64,000 nt of DNA from Octopus vulgaris (GCA_951406725.2 OX597830.1:39308001-39372000), one strand, 5' to 3'; positions 1 to 11,362 are shown, counted from the first letter of the stretch. A program made the numbers and translations. The notes: generated by a model not told the origin, from the letters alone.

Positions 1-46
1 TTAATGTTTCGCAGGTTTCTAACAGAAACCCGGTTCATTCAGGCTC
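1..46 (-). ncRNA. Candidate hammerhead-like motif, cut by window edge
   Basis: Minus strand reads CTGAATGA-AC-CGGGTTTCT-GTT-AGAAACCTG-C-GAAAC-ATTAA: core with one extra nt, 9-bp stem II, GAAA; 3' half lies outside the window. Confidence 0.35.
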
Positions 47-270
47 AGATTACCGAATGACTGTCCACGGGAAGTCCATGAAGGCAACTTGAAAATGGGT
101 TGCTATTGGTCAAAGTGTATCACATGGTGTTGTTAGAAATGAGATCGACAAATTCAATGGCACCAAGTGCATTAGAAAAGAAAACATCTCGAACTGTATG
201 ACTGAAAATGAAGCTGGTAGCGCCGAATCGAACTACTTAAAAAAATAATATATTCAACTTCCACTAAGAC

Positions 271-425
271 GGCGGCGAATTGGCAGAATCGCTACCACGC
301 CAGGCAAAATGCCTGATGGCATTTCGTCCGTCATTACATTCTAAGTTCAACTGCCATTTAGGTCGACTTTGTCTTTCATCCTTTGTCTTTCCATTTGCGC
401 ACTGGGTTCGAAGTAATCGAAATTA
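271..425 (+). mobile_element. Degenerate tRNA-derived SINE (family A)
   Basis: GGCGGCGAATTGGCAGAATCG...GGTCGACTTTGTCTTTCATCC matches the copies at 17687-17923 and 30356-30532. Confidence 0.7.
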
Positions 426-1076
426 CTGGTTCTGTGCCAAAATTGGAAACCCCATCTAAATATATTGAGTGCCTTTTTCTTTCGTTTTTCCACTCACTTG
501 AATATATATTAAAGGTTTGGTTTATGCAACATCGCCTGCAACATAGTCGCTGGACAAAAATGGGTGAGTTTATTTTAGATACAAAGAAATGGGATACTCT
601 AGTCACCAGAAGCAATTAGGCAAGTTTATTTTACATACTCAGTTGTGGACATAATGCAGTCACCGGTTGAATGAGAAGTCTATTTTAGATGGAAAGAGAT
701 TTTACCGAAATTTCAGATTCCGTAGGAAGCTGCAATGATGTGGAGTTTTTTATGACTTATAACTTCCTTTCAGTACAGTAATATTTTTAAACCATGAAGA
801 TTATATTTTACTGCCCTATAATTTTTTTTTAACCACATTATTCTTTTATTTCCTTGTTTTTTTTTTTATACAATAATATCAGCTGATATCGTTCCTATTA
901 AGACTGCCTGAGTAAGCTTATACGTCTAAAGTTTTAATATCTTTCGATTTTATTTTAGAAAGAAATTTTGTCCTCGAATTAAGAATGCACCTTACACACC
1001 ATGAAATATGAAATATGGTATATACATATATTTATATATACTTACATTTACACAAGCACATACGCACACATGTATA

Positions 1077-1114
<38 letters not shown>

Positions 1115-1121
<7 letters not shown>

Positions 1122-1388
1122 ATCACGTGACCGACCAGACCATCAGATGTTGCTACGCATCGCTGGTCACAATGCGTTCGTATTGTTTTAGCCTTCGAAT
1201 GACGCCACCCCGCTGTCTAAGGGAGCAGGTCAACAGAAGAAAGGGTGGTGAAAGAGTACAGCCGCAGATCGTGGAGCTCTTAGGTGTTTTCGCTCAATAA
1301 ACACACACAGCGCCCGGTCTGGGAATCGAAACCGCGATCCTACGACCGCGAGTCCGTTGCCCTAACCACTGGGCCATTGCTCCTCCAC
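1115..1388 (-). mobile_element. tRNA-derived SINE (family B)
   Basis: Minus strand has A box TGGCCCAGTGG and B box GTTTCGATTCC; head shared with 39130-39430; flanked by (TA)n. Confidence 0.8.
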
Positions 1389-2426
1389 ATATATATACAC
1401 ATATATATGTTTGTGTGTGCGTGTGTGTGTGTATACCTTAGTGGAGTAGATATAATGTAGATAACGGGTATATAAATATTAATACTTGTCATGTTCAGTT
1501 AATGTCCAAAATTTTTGTTCGGCTAAAATTTCTCGAATCACTATATTTATCAAAATAGATTCAAAGTTGCTGAATTTTACAAATTAGTTAAGAACCAGTT
1601 GAAGGGTCATCGATTCAAATCGCTAATGATGTCTCGGTTATATTCCTGGAGAAATCATTCTACGCTACGTCACTTCATATAACTAGTGATAGCTGGCTGA
1701 CACCATCTCATCTTTTGTAAATGCACTCTACGATAGATTGGCACCAATCAAGACTTAATTCGTCAGGCTTCTGCTTGAAGCTATTTAATAGAACATAAGC
1801 ACAGACTTCTCAAGACAGCCAGCGGAACATAAGAGTAATTTAAATTAAAACGTTACAGTATTTATGAATAGCAGATGCGCCTTCAACCAAACAAGGTTGC
1901 TAAATGATTTATGTCGTTATTTGGATCATTCATTTGAACAGTTAGCAAATGTTTTTAATCATGAATCTTATACATACAGTACACTAATCGTGAAAATATT
2001 CGCTCTCTTTCGAAATAAAAATCATCAAGAGGCTGGTGTAGTACTAAGAGAAGTGGAAACTATTTGAAATTATATATTATACGATGTTCAATGGAGGAAA
2101 ATATCAGATGACGTAGGCACATATCTCAAAGGAGGTAAACATGTGCCCTGAAAGGGTCCCAGAAACGTTCCAATCAAAATATTCTTGTAGCTGTCATATC
2201 GAGCAGAGTTGTCAAAATCAATATTTAGTCAAAGAACTAATGCTTTCTCTAATCAATATATTTCAAATAATTTATTTGAAGATCGCTGCATAATATATAA
2301 GCCAGGCTAAGGGAAAGTAGTGAAGTACATTTCTAAATGACCAAAACTCAGCTATTATTTTCCAAAAAGAATTACGCCTCTGAGAAACTAACATCCGTGG
2401 TTTGGCCGTTTTAAGTAACATGACAC

Positions 2427-2553
2427 AGGCGCAGGAATGGCTGTGTGATAAGAAGCTTGCTTCGCAGCTACGTGGTCCCGGGTCCAGTCCCGCTACGTAG
2501 CATCTTAGACAACTGTGAGTGGATTTGGTAAACGGAAATTGAAAGAATCCCGT
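2427..2553 (+). mobile_element. SINE head (family C)
   Basis: AGGCGCAGGAATGGCTGTGTG...GTGAGTGGATTTGGTAAACGGAAATTGAAAGAA matches 39985-40142 and 34339-34608. Confidence 0.7.
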
Positions 2554-2710
2554 TCTATATTTAAGAGATGAGGAATTATGTACATTATTTACATTCGACG
2601 GATATTTGTCCTCATTTTGTTTGTTGTTAACACAACGTTTCGGCTGATATACCCTCCAGCCTTCTTCAGGTGTCTTGGGAAAATTTCGAACCTGTTTTTT
2701 TATGTTGTTG

Positions 2711-2757
<47 letters not shown>

Positions 2758-3745
2758 GTTGTTGTTCAGGTCACTGCTTTGAATCATCAAACTCGGAATT
2801 TTGGGCTTAGTAGCCCGCGCTCTTAACCACTGCGCCATATGCCCGTGGACAATCATGGAGTTAATTTTAGGGCTTATAAATCTAATATTCTCCTCTCCCT
2901 TAATACCCGTTCCCATATGCTGCTCGGTCTGCTAAGGAGGTTATGGTGTCCTAGCATATGTGCTGCTTCCTTTAGTTTTCTTATTTTCCAGTGGTGTTCT
3001 CTGCCTATTATTTTAACTTAATCCCATAGGGGGAAGTGGTCTCCATTTCTCCATACATGATCAGTTATACCCGGTTTATCAATATCTCCTCGTGTCACAG
3101 CTTTGCGATGTTCGTCTACTCATATTTTGAGAGAGTGGCATGTTTCGCTTTTGTATATCCCACAAAAAGCTGCATGGGATGGAGTACACGGAGTCTTTGG
3201 TCATATTCTCTTCTATTGGTGGTTTTACTCGAATACTGCCATGATGTCATATGGGCCGCATATCTTTTGTATCTTTTCGGAAAGGCCTTTCACATATGGT
3301 AGACAGACTGTGAACAGTTTATTGGCATCATCCTTTCTCTTCTCCATAATTTGAGTGGATAGTATACTTTTGAGGTAGTTGTTGCTTAACAGATCATTAT
3401 TGAGCTTGATCGTTCCTTCGTGGTGTGTATCACGATATTTACTTATATTCTTTGCGCGATGTTTTAGACACTGAGCAATTCATCTCTTTACACTGTATGG
3501 ATGGTGGGAAATGAAGTTGAGGTATCGTCCTGTAAAGGTCGGCTTGCGATATACGGATGTCCTGAATTCATACTTGATGCGTGTTAGTAACACCTCCAGG
3601 ATTGTCTTTTTCCTTTTCCATTGTGAACTGTATGGATGGCTCTATTGAGTTCACATGATCTAACAGCACTAGGGACATCTTCCTGGTGGGGCCAGATTAT
3701 AAAGGTGTCATCAACATATCGTAGCCATAGTGTTGGTTTTTACTA
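2552..3745 (-). mobile_element. 5'-truncated Penelope-like element (RT C-terminus, GIY-YIG relic, terminal repeat with tRNA-like head and HHR)
   Basis: Minus-strand translation gives WLRYVDDTFIIW, IQFTMEKE, SVYRKPTFTGRYLNFISHHP and VYSIPCSFCGIYKSETC..EHRKAV, with stops; 3' repeat at 2552-2850. Confidence 0.85.
2629..2674 (-). ncRNA. Minimal type I hammerhead ribozyme motif
   Basis: GACAC-CTGAAGA-A-GGCTG-gagggtatat-CAGCC-GAAA-C-GTT-GTGTT: stem I GACAC/GTGTT, stem II GGCTG/CAGCC, loopless palindromic stem III (AACGTT), GUU triplet. Confidence 0.75.
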
Positions 3746-3749
3746 CGAT

Positions 3750-3979
3750 ATGTTGATGACATCTTTATACTCTGGTCCCACCAGGAAGATGTCCAAGTGC
3801 ATTTAGATGATGTAAATTCAATAAAGCCAACCATACAGTTCACAGTGGAAAAGGAAAAACGACAATCCTGGTGGTATTACTAACATGCATCAAGTATGAA
3901 TTCAGGACATCCGTATACCGCAAGCCGACCTCTACTGGACGATACCTCAACTTCATTTTCCCACCATCCATACAGTGTA
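3750..3979 (+). mobile_element. Inverted duplicate of the PLE RT segment (fold-back 5' end)
   Basis: Diverged reverse complement of ~3490-3720; encodes VDDIFILW...SVYRKPTSTGRYLNF. Confidence 0.85.
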
Positions 3980-4007
3980 TATATGTAAATATATGTATTT
4001 ATATGAA

Positions 4008-4980
4008 TCCCCCCGACCCCTACTTCTTCAGTCCTTCATCCTTTCACCCCTACTCCCCTTCCCTTCTTCCCTCTTTCTCCCTCCCTCCATCCCTCTTCCC
4101 CTTCCCTCTGCTCCCTCACTCCCTCACTCCCCTTCTCTCTCCCCCTCTCCCTCTTTCCTCCCCTTCCTCCCCCCTCATCCCCATCCTCTCTCTCCCCCAT
4201 CCTCTCCCCCTCCCACCTCTCCTCCCCCTCTTCTTCCCCTCCCCTTCTCTCCCCCACTCTTCTCCCCCTCCCCCTCTTCTCCTCACTACACCACACAACT
4301 TTACACATCACATCATATATGATGTGCCATACTAATACATACACCAACTAATACATACTAATACGTACTAATACATACTAATACATACTAATACATACAC
4401 CAACCCTATACATACACACGTCCAGACCCCTCATACGCACTTATACTCCCTCATACACACACACACTTATACATACTAATACGTACTAATACATACTAAT
4501 ACATACTAATACATACACCAACCCCATACATACGCACGTCCAGACCAATCCTACGCACTAATACTCTCTCATACACACACACACACACCCTTATACATAC
4601 TAATACATACACCAACCCTATACATACACACGTCCAGACCCCTCCTACGCATTATTAGCTGGTCCTTCAACCCTATTATCAACCCTATTATCAACCCTAT
4701 TATCTCCCCTTATTTCGCTCTCGCGTCTCATGTTTGATCTTTGACCTCTGGCCGCAATCAGATCGCCATGTTGATTCGTTAGCTACTGCACGCATTTTTT
4801 TTCTCTCCTTCTTTCTGCGTTTTTTTTATCTCTGTGTATCTTTCTGTTGAAGAGCGTAGGCTCGAAACGTTAAAGACTTGTTTTATTTATATTTCCTGAG
4901 CGCCATACTAATACAATTGTTCGTTTGTTTTCCACCTGCCTTCGTCTTTTGTCTATTTTCATAAAGCTTCCCGTTATATA
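4008..4980 (+). repeat. 5' pseudo-LTR of the Neptune PLE
   Basis: Near-identical to 8490-9433; C/T-rich tract, (CTAATACATA)n-type and (CAACCCTATTAT)n minisatellites, HHR motif. Confidence 0.9.
4839..4876 (+). ncRNA. Minimal hammerhead motif with variant core CUGUUGA (5' pLTR)
   Basis: TCTTT-CTGTTGA-A-GAGC-gtag-GCTC-GAAA-C-GTT-AAAGA; stems I and II pair perfectly. Confidence 0.7.
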
Positions 4981-5595
4981 TTATGCGCTCACGTGGTCTC
5001 ACTTTCATCCTATATTCTACCAATACCACTATCAACACTTACCTCTACCTTGGATTTTCTTTACCTCTTGGATACTTACCATTGGCTGCACCTCTCTTTC
5101 GCGGATCAAAGTGACTTTGCATTGATGTGAAATCCTTAAAAAATATACCACGACGTCTACACATTTCTCACCTTGAACTTTCAACCTTGAACTTGTTCGC
5201 ATAAACTGTCCCGTTTGTTGTATTTTTATTTTCTCTTATATTACCACTTTTTTTACATTCATTTCATGCTTTCCACATTTTCCTGCATTTTTGTTCTCCT
5301 TTCCGTCTTTCTTCCCTCTCTGGATGTCCATACTCCGTTTCCTCTGCCTGCACCCCCCTTTTTTGCCTCCCCCTCTCTCTGCTTCCCTTCTTTCTTTCCC
5401 TTTTCCGTTTGCCCCGTCTTTTCTGCCCCTATCGCTTACTTATCTAGTTTTTTCATACGATTATTATTTTTTTGTTTTTTTGAACGTTTGTTTTTTCCCC
5501 TTTTTTCGCTATCCTTTTTTTCTATTTTTTTCATACGATAATTTTTGTTTTTTGTTTTTTTTGTTTTTTCGAACGTTTTTTTCCGCTATCCCATC

Positions 5596-8463
5596 ATGCC
5601 GGATCCTAGGTCCTACCTCCTCACCCTCCATCACCGTTTGAAGGATCATCTCCGTTCTCTTCCTGTATATTGCCTTCAGCCGTCCGTTAATCTCTCTCTA
5701 CTTCTTTTTAAAAAAACCGCTTCTCTAGCCATGTCTCTTTCCTAAGCCGCTGCCTACATCACCGACTCATCCCTAAAGGTTTCCGCCTCCACTTCCACCC
5801 TGCTCTCCACTCGGATTCTTCCATCTTACCCATACTCCGCACCACATCTTACCGCCTTATGCGGGCCACCATTCGCTCCAATCTCTCCAAACTACATGCC
5901 ATCAACCGCCTTCTTCCTCCTGCTTTCTCCACCTTCTTCTCCTCTCTGCCGCCTCTCTATGCTCCAAACACGCTACGCTTCATTATCCATTTGAATCAAC
6001 TCTTCCATCAATTTCTTTCTGATACCAAACTTCGTAAACTCCAATCACTCTTCCATTCCACCCTACCCGACGCCACTACCCCAACTCCTCCACCACCCTT
6101 CTCCCCTCCCGATAGGCTCCATCCACCCACACCTAACCCCACTGCCCCTCCCTACAACCCCTTCTCCCCTCCCGATAGGCTCCATCCACCTACACCTAAC
6201 CCTACTGCCCCGCCCAACCACCCCCCACACACCTCCCCAATCCCTCCCCCTCAGACCTCCACGAGACCTACCACCCCTCCTACTTCTATTCCACCCACCC
6301 CTTCTCCACTTCCGTCTGTTGTTACCATTCCCCCCGATCTTCCCCTCTCTGCGGCTGAACGCTCCGTCCTTGGTAGGGGTCTGCGTTTCATCCCCTTCAC
6401 TCCATCCTGTAAGGAATTCCAGACGCGAGTTGATGTCCACAGCTTTGTGCGCCGTGTCCGGTTGGGTGCGCATTACCACGACTCGCCACCCACACCCAAC
6501 GAAGAGGACTGCTTCACTGGCCTGGGCCGCCGACCATCCCCGTGGACGCCTGCCCCTGGCCAGATCCTAGCAGTGGATCTTTTCGCGGGCGCTTGTCAGC
6601 GTGCATTCGAGCGGTTCAACTTCTCCAGGCGCCAACGCCGCCTCAACATCTCCCCGGCTGAGCTCTTGGCTCTTCGTTCCCTCCAACGGCGCGCTGACAT
6701 TATCATCAAACCGGCTGACAAGGGTGGAGCTGTAGTGGTGTGGCGCGCGGACCTCTATAGGGCCGAGGCTTTCCGCCAACTCAATGACACCTCCTTCTAT
6801 TCCCCTCTGCCCTCTAACCCCACACGTAGCTACCAACAGACGGTATCCTCTACTGTCCACGACCTCATCTCGTCCTCCCGTCTCCCCCGCACCGCATCCA
6901 ACCTAATTGTGCGAACCCCACGTACCCCCACCATTTACTTCCTCCCCAAAATCCACAAACCCAACAACCCTGGCCGCCCCATCGTCTCCGCCTGTAACTG
7001 CCCCACGGAGCTCATCTCTAAATACCTCGACCGTGTCCTTGCCCCCTAGTGGCATCTCTTCCCTCCCACATCCACGATACCAACCATGCTCTCCGGCTTT
7101 TCAACTCTTTCTCCTTTCCTCCCGGCTCCTCCAAAATCCTTTTTACTATGGACATCCAAAGCCTCTATACTGTTATCCCTCACCACGAAGGACTGCAGGC
7201 CCTTCGACACTTTCTTGACCTCCGCTCTAACCCTGTACCTGACACCTCCACACTCATTCGTCTGGCCGAACTTGTCCTTACTCTGAACTGCTTCTCGTTC
7301 GCGGGCGAGTTCTACCATCAGGTCTCGGGAGTGGCCATGGGAACGCGAATGGGCCCCAACTATGCGAACCTGTTCGTTGGCTATGTTGAGGCCCAATTAT
7401 TCTCTAATTTCACTGGTCCCACTCCTGAACTATATGGTCGTTACATCGACGACATTATCGGTGCCACCTCACTCTCCCGCGAACATCTAGATTCCTTCCT
7501 CTCTTTCGTCCAATCTTTCCATCCAGCCCTCCACTTCACTTTCACTATCTCCAACACCTCTGTCTCCTTCCTCGACATTTCGGTTAGCATTCTTCACTCC
7601 ACTCTTACCACCTCCATTCACTACAAACACACAGACTCACACTCATACCTCAACTTCTCTTCCTCCCACCCAGAACACACCAAGCTTTCCATCCCCTATT
7701 CCCAATTCCTCCGTCTACGTAGGCTCTGTAGTGACGACCATGACTTTGAGACTCAGTCTCAACGTATGGCTCACAACTTCACCCTACGTGGATACCCCCC
7801 CCCCACCACTATCCACACCGCCCTTGCCAGAGCACGGTCCGTGGACCGTGTATCTGCTCTCTCTCCCCGAACCCGCCCTGTAGTCTCCCGCCTCCCTTTT
7901 CCCCTCACTTACCACCCCACGACCCTACGTCTCCAACGCACCATTCTTCGAGCTTTCCGTCATCTCCAGTCCGACCCGTCCACCTCTTCCCTAACCGACC
8001 CCTCCCTCTTTCAAACGAGCCCACAACCTTCGAGACCTTTTGGTCCAAGCTCCTTCCCTGACCCTACCTCCCAACCCGGCTCGTTCCCTGCTCCCGTCCA
8101 CGTTGCCGCACTTGCCCTTACCTCTCCAACACCACCCGCCTCACTAGCACCCACCATCGACCCTATCCCATCATCCACTCCTTCACCTGCACCTCCAGCA
8201 ATATTATCTATTGCATCTCTTGCTCTCTCTGCAATTCCTTGTACATCGGACAAACGGGACGCCGCTTGGCTGACCGGTTCGCGGAACACCCGTGACATCC
8301 ACCTTGCGAACGACACACCGGTCTCACGCCACCCGGCTCGCAACACCTTCTGTGTTCGGTTTGTCCTTGCCATCCGGATTCCCGTTTGCGCCGTGAACAG
8401 AATTAATCTTCTCTCTTCGCTCTTATACGCCATTTGGTCTCAACTCTCCCCCTCCTCATCTAA
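5596..8463 (+). pseudogene. PLE polyprotein (RT + GIY-YIG endonuclease), frameshifted in this sequence
   Basis: N-terminal HVSFLSRCLHHRLIPKGF; IIKPADKGGAVVVW; YFLPKIHKPNNPGRPIVS; TMDIQSLYTVIPH; QVSGVAMGTRMGPNYANLF; RYIDDI; FLDI; HYKHTDSHSYLNFSSSHP; RCRTCPY linker; FTCTSSNIIYCISCSLCNSLYIGQTGRRLADRFAEH; PFGLN. Frame breaks near 5710, 7047 and 7980-8400. Confidence 0.9.
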
Positions 8464-8489
8464 CCCCCTCTCCCCCTCCACCTATCCTT

Positions 8490-9426
8490 TCCCCCCGACC
8501 CCTACTTCTTCAGTCCTTCATCCTTTCATCCCTACTCCCCTTCCTTCTTCCCTCTTTCTCCCTCCCTCCTTCCCTCTTCCCCTTCCCTCTGCTCCCTCAC
8601 TCCCTCACTCCCCTTCTCTCTCCCCCTCTCCTCTTTCCTCCCCCTCCTCCCCTTCCTTCTCCCCTCCTCTCTCTCCCCATCCTCTCCCCCTCCCACCTCT
8701 CCTCCCCTCTTCTTCCCCTCCCCTTCTCTCCCCACTCTTCTCCCCCTCCCCTCTTCTCCTCACTACACCACACACTTTACACATCACATCATATATGATG
8801 TGCCATACTAATACATACACCAACTAATACATACTAATACGTACTAATACATACAAATACATACTAATACATACACCAACCCTATACATACACACGTCCA
8901 GACCCCCATACCACTTATACTCCCTCATACACACACACACTATACATACTAATACGTACTAATACATACTAATACATACTAATACATACACCAACCCTAT
9001 ACATACGCACGTCCAGACCAATCCTACGCACTAATACTCTCTCATACACACACACACACACACACTATACATACTAATACATCCTATACATACACACGTC
9101 CAACCCTACTACGCACTATTAGCTGGTCCTTCAACCCTATTATCAACCCTATTATCTCCCCTTATTTCGCTCTCGCGTCTCATGTTTGATCTTTGACCTC
9201 TGGCCGCAATCAGATCGCCATGTTGATTCGTTAGCTACTGCACGCATTTTTTTTCTCTCCTTCTTTCTGTGTTTTTTTTTCTTTCTGTGTATCTTTCTGT
9301 TGAAGAGCGTAGGCTCGAAACGTTAAAGACTTGTTTTATTTATATTTCCTGAGCGCCATACTAATACAATTGTTCGTTTGTTTTCCACCTGCCTTCGTCT
9401 TTTGTCAATTTTCATAAAGCTTCCCG

Positions 9427-9433
<7 letters not shown>
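8490..9433 (+). repeat. 3' pseudo-LTR of the Neptune PLE
   Basis: Direct repeat of 4008-4980; ends AAAGCTTCCCGTT followed by (TA)n. Confidence 0.9.
9292..9329 (+). ncRNA. Minimal hammerhead motif with variant core CUGUUGA (3' pLTR)
   Basis: Identical to 4839-4876. Confidence 0.7.
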
Positions 9434-9510
<77 letters not shown>

Positions 9511-9525
9511 TTATGTATGTATATG

Positions 9526-9572
<47 letters not shown>

Positions 9573-9680
9573 TATAGAGGGTAAATATTTTCAAATTGGA
9601 AAAAATTTACAGGTTTTTTCTCTTACGAGGTTTTTCACGCTAACTACTGATAATTTCTTATAAAGATTTTATCCTTAATT

Positions 9681-9738
<58 letters not shown>

Positions 9739-10134
9739 TGTATGTATGTATGTACGTATGTATGTATGTATGTATGTATGTATGTATGTATGTATGTATG
9801 TATGTATGTATTTATAGGAACTAGTACCTGCACACACATTTATATTTTTGCTCATTTGTCCCTATATACTTGTCTATATTCACACCCTTGCTTATGCAGT
9901 TACCAGATTTTTTCCACTCGCCAATCTCTGCCACTCATACATGTGTGAGTATTCATCCAATACAATTGAAAGTTTAATGGCTGATGTCTGTCGATTTTAT
10001 ATCCTCTCCGTTTTCTTACTTAACGTGTGTGTGTGCGTGTGTGTGTATCTGTGTGTGTGAATATGCATGTATATATGTATGTATGTATGTGTGTATCTAT
10101 ATATATGTATATATATATATCTGTATGTGTGTGT

Positions 10135-10370
10135 GTCCTTCTCGAGGCATGCCAGGTTCAAAAGGGCTGGTTTCTCGGTTTGAGTGGCGTATATATTCGC
10201 CACCTGAACGGGACGCTTGTCCGTTGCAGAATTACTCAGAGTCGACAGGAGCAACGTGAAATGAAGTATTTTACTTAAGAACACAACGCATCGCCCGGTC
10301 CAGGAATCGAAACCATAATCTTACGATCATCACTCCAAAACCGTTACCACTAAGCCACGCGCCTCCACGT
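10135..10370 (-). mobile_element. tRNA-derived SINE
   Basis: Minus strand GTGGAGGCGCGTGGCTTAGTGG...GTTTCGATTCCTGGACCGGGCG; tail AAACCGAGAAACC shared with 39130-39430. Confidence 0.75.
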
Positions 10371-10496
10371 TGATTCGAGTAAGTCGTATCCTCATTAGGG
10401 ATTATATATAATCCAGGGTATTCCAATGTTTAAATCTGTATCATATAATGGTAAAGTCATTGGTATATGTATAGCATTATTGAAATTGTCAATATT

Positions 10497-10892
10497 CGGG
10501 GAAAAAACGAGGGAATGGAGAATAATTGGATGTAATTACAGATTTATTTGCATGTTGTAAAAACATGACATTTTTTAAAAAAACATTACAAATAAATAAA
10601 TTGAATGGAAATTGAAAGCTCAAAAAAATAAGATAAAAAACAGAAAAAAGAAACTACATATATGTTTCTGTCTTACCACCTAGTTGATGGGAATTTCCAA
10701 GCATATTGTTTAATGCCAAGGAATTTGCCACATTCAGGCTCATTTTTTTTGTGATCTTAATTTTTGTTTAGCTTTCCACTTGAAATTAATTTATTTATTT
10801 GTAATGTTTTTTAAAAGACGTCATCTTTATACAACATGCAAATAAATCACGAATTACAACCATTTATTCTCCATTTTCTTCTCCCTCATTTT

Positions 10893-10896
<4 letters not shown>
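10497..10896. repeat. Diverged inverted repeat (MITE/fold-back), arms ~150 bp
   Basis: GGAGAATAATTGGATGTAATT...CATTACAAATAAATAAATT mirrors AATTTATTTATTTGTAATG...CCATTTATTCTCC. Confidence 0.8.
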
Positions 10897-10952
<56 letters not shown>

Positions 10953-10959
<7 letters not shown>

Positions 10960-11146
10960 ACAAGATAAGGGCAGAAGAAAAATTCTAATGCCAAATATGC
11001 ATATTTGGGATATTTGGCATATTTGGCATTAGAATTTTTCTTCTGCCCTTATCTTGTAAATTATGTATAAATTGTACCTTTAAAGGCATTTTTTGATATG
11101 CTGGCCATTGATAAAAATTTTTTCCCGAAATAAATTTTATCCTATA

Positions 11147-11152
<6 letters not shown>
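10953..11152. repeat. (TA)n-embedded short module with ~48-bp perfect hairpin
   Basis: ATAATTTACAAGATAAGGGCAGAAGAAAAATTCTAATGCCAAATATGC and its reverse complement, separated by a short spacer; (TA)n on both sides. Confidence 0.8.
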
Positions 11153-11211
<59 letters not shown>

Positions 11212-11264
11212 GTATATAGGGAAAACAAGAAGAAAATGGAGACTAAATGGATGCATATATATAT

Positions 11265-11362
<98 letters not shown>

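Larger units (their letters stand above)
4008..9433 (+). mobile_element. Near full-length Penelope-like retroelement, Neptune type
   Basis: Direct repeats 4008-4980 and 8490-9433 flank an RT + Cys-linker + GIY-YIG reading frame; 3' end abuts (TA)n. Confidence 0.93.

Noticed and set aside
1290-1388. tRNA genes at SINE heads (also 10300-10370, 39350-39430, 58342-58410)
   Set aside because: A and B boxes continue into SINE bodies and there is no proper acceptor stem.
3871-4347. Pro/Ser/Leu-rich and Gly/Glu/Arg-rich ORFs (also 8532-8823)
   Set aside because: Read-through of the C/T-rich pLTR tract on either strand.
4330-4705. Repeat-spacer-like pattern and AACCCT motifs (CRISPR- or telomere-like)
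   Set aside because: Minisatellites inside the pLTR: no unique spacers, no cas genes, eukaryotic context, and no true (TTAGGG)n run.
7041-7051. Programmed frameshift or stop readthrough between the 396-aa and 592-aa ORFs
   Set aside because: A single C missing from a homopolymer explains it; PLEs normally have one ORF; no slippery heptamer seen.
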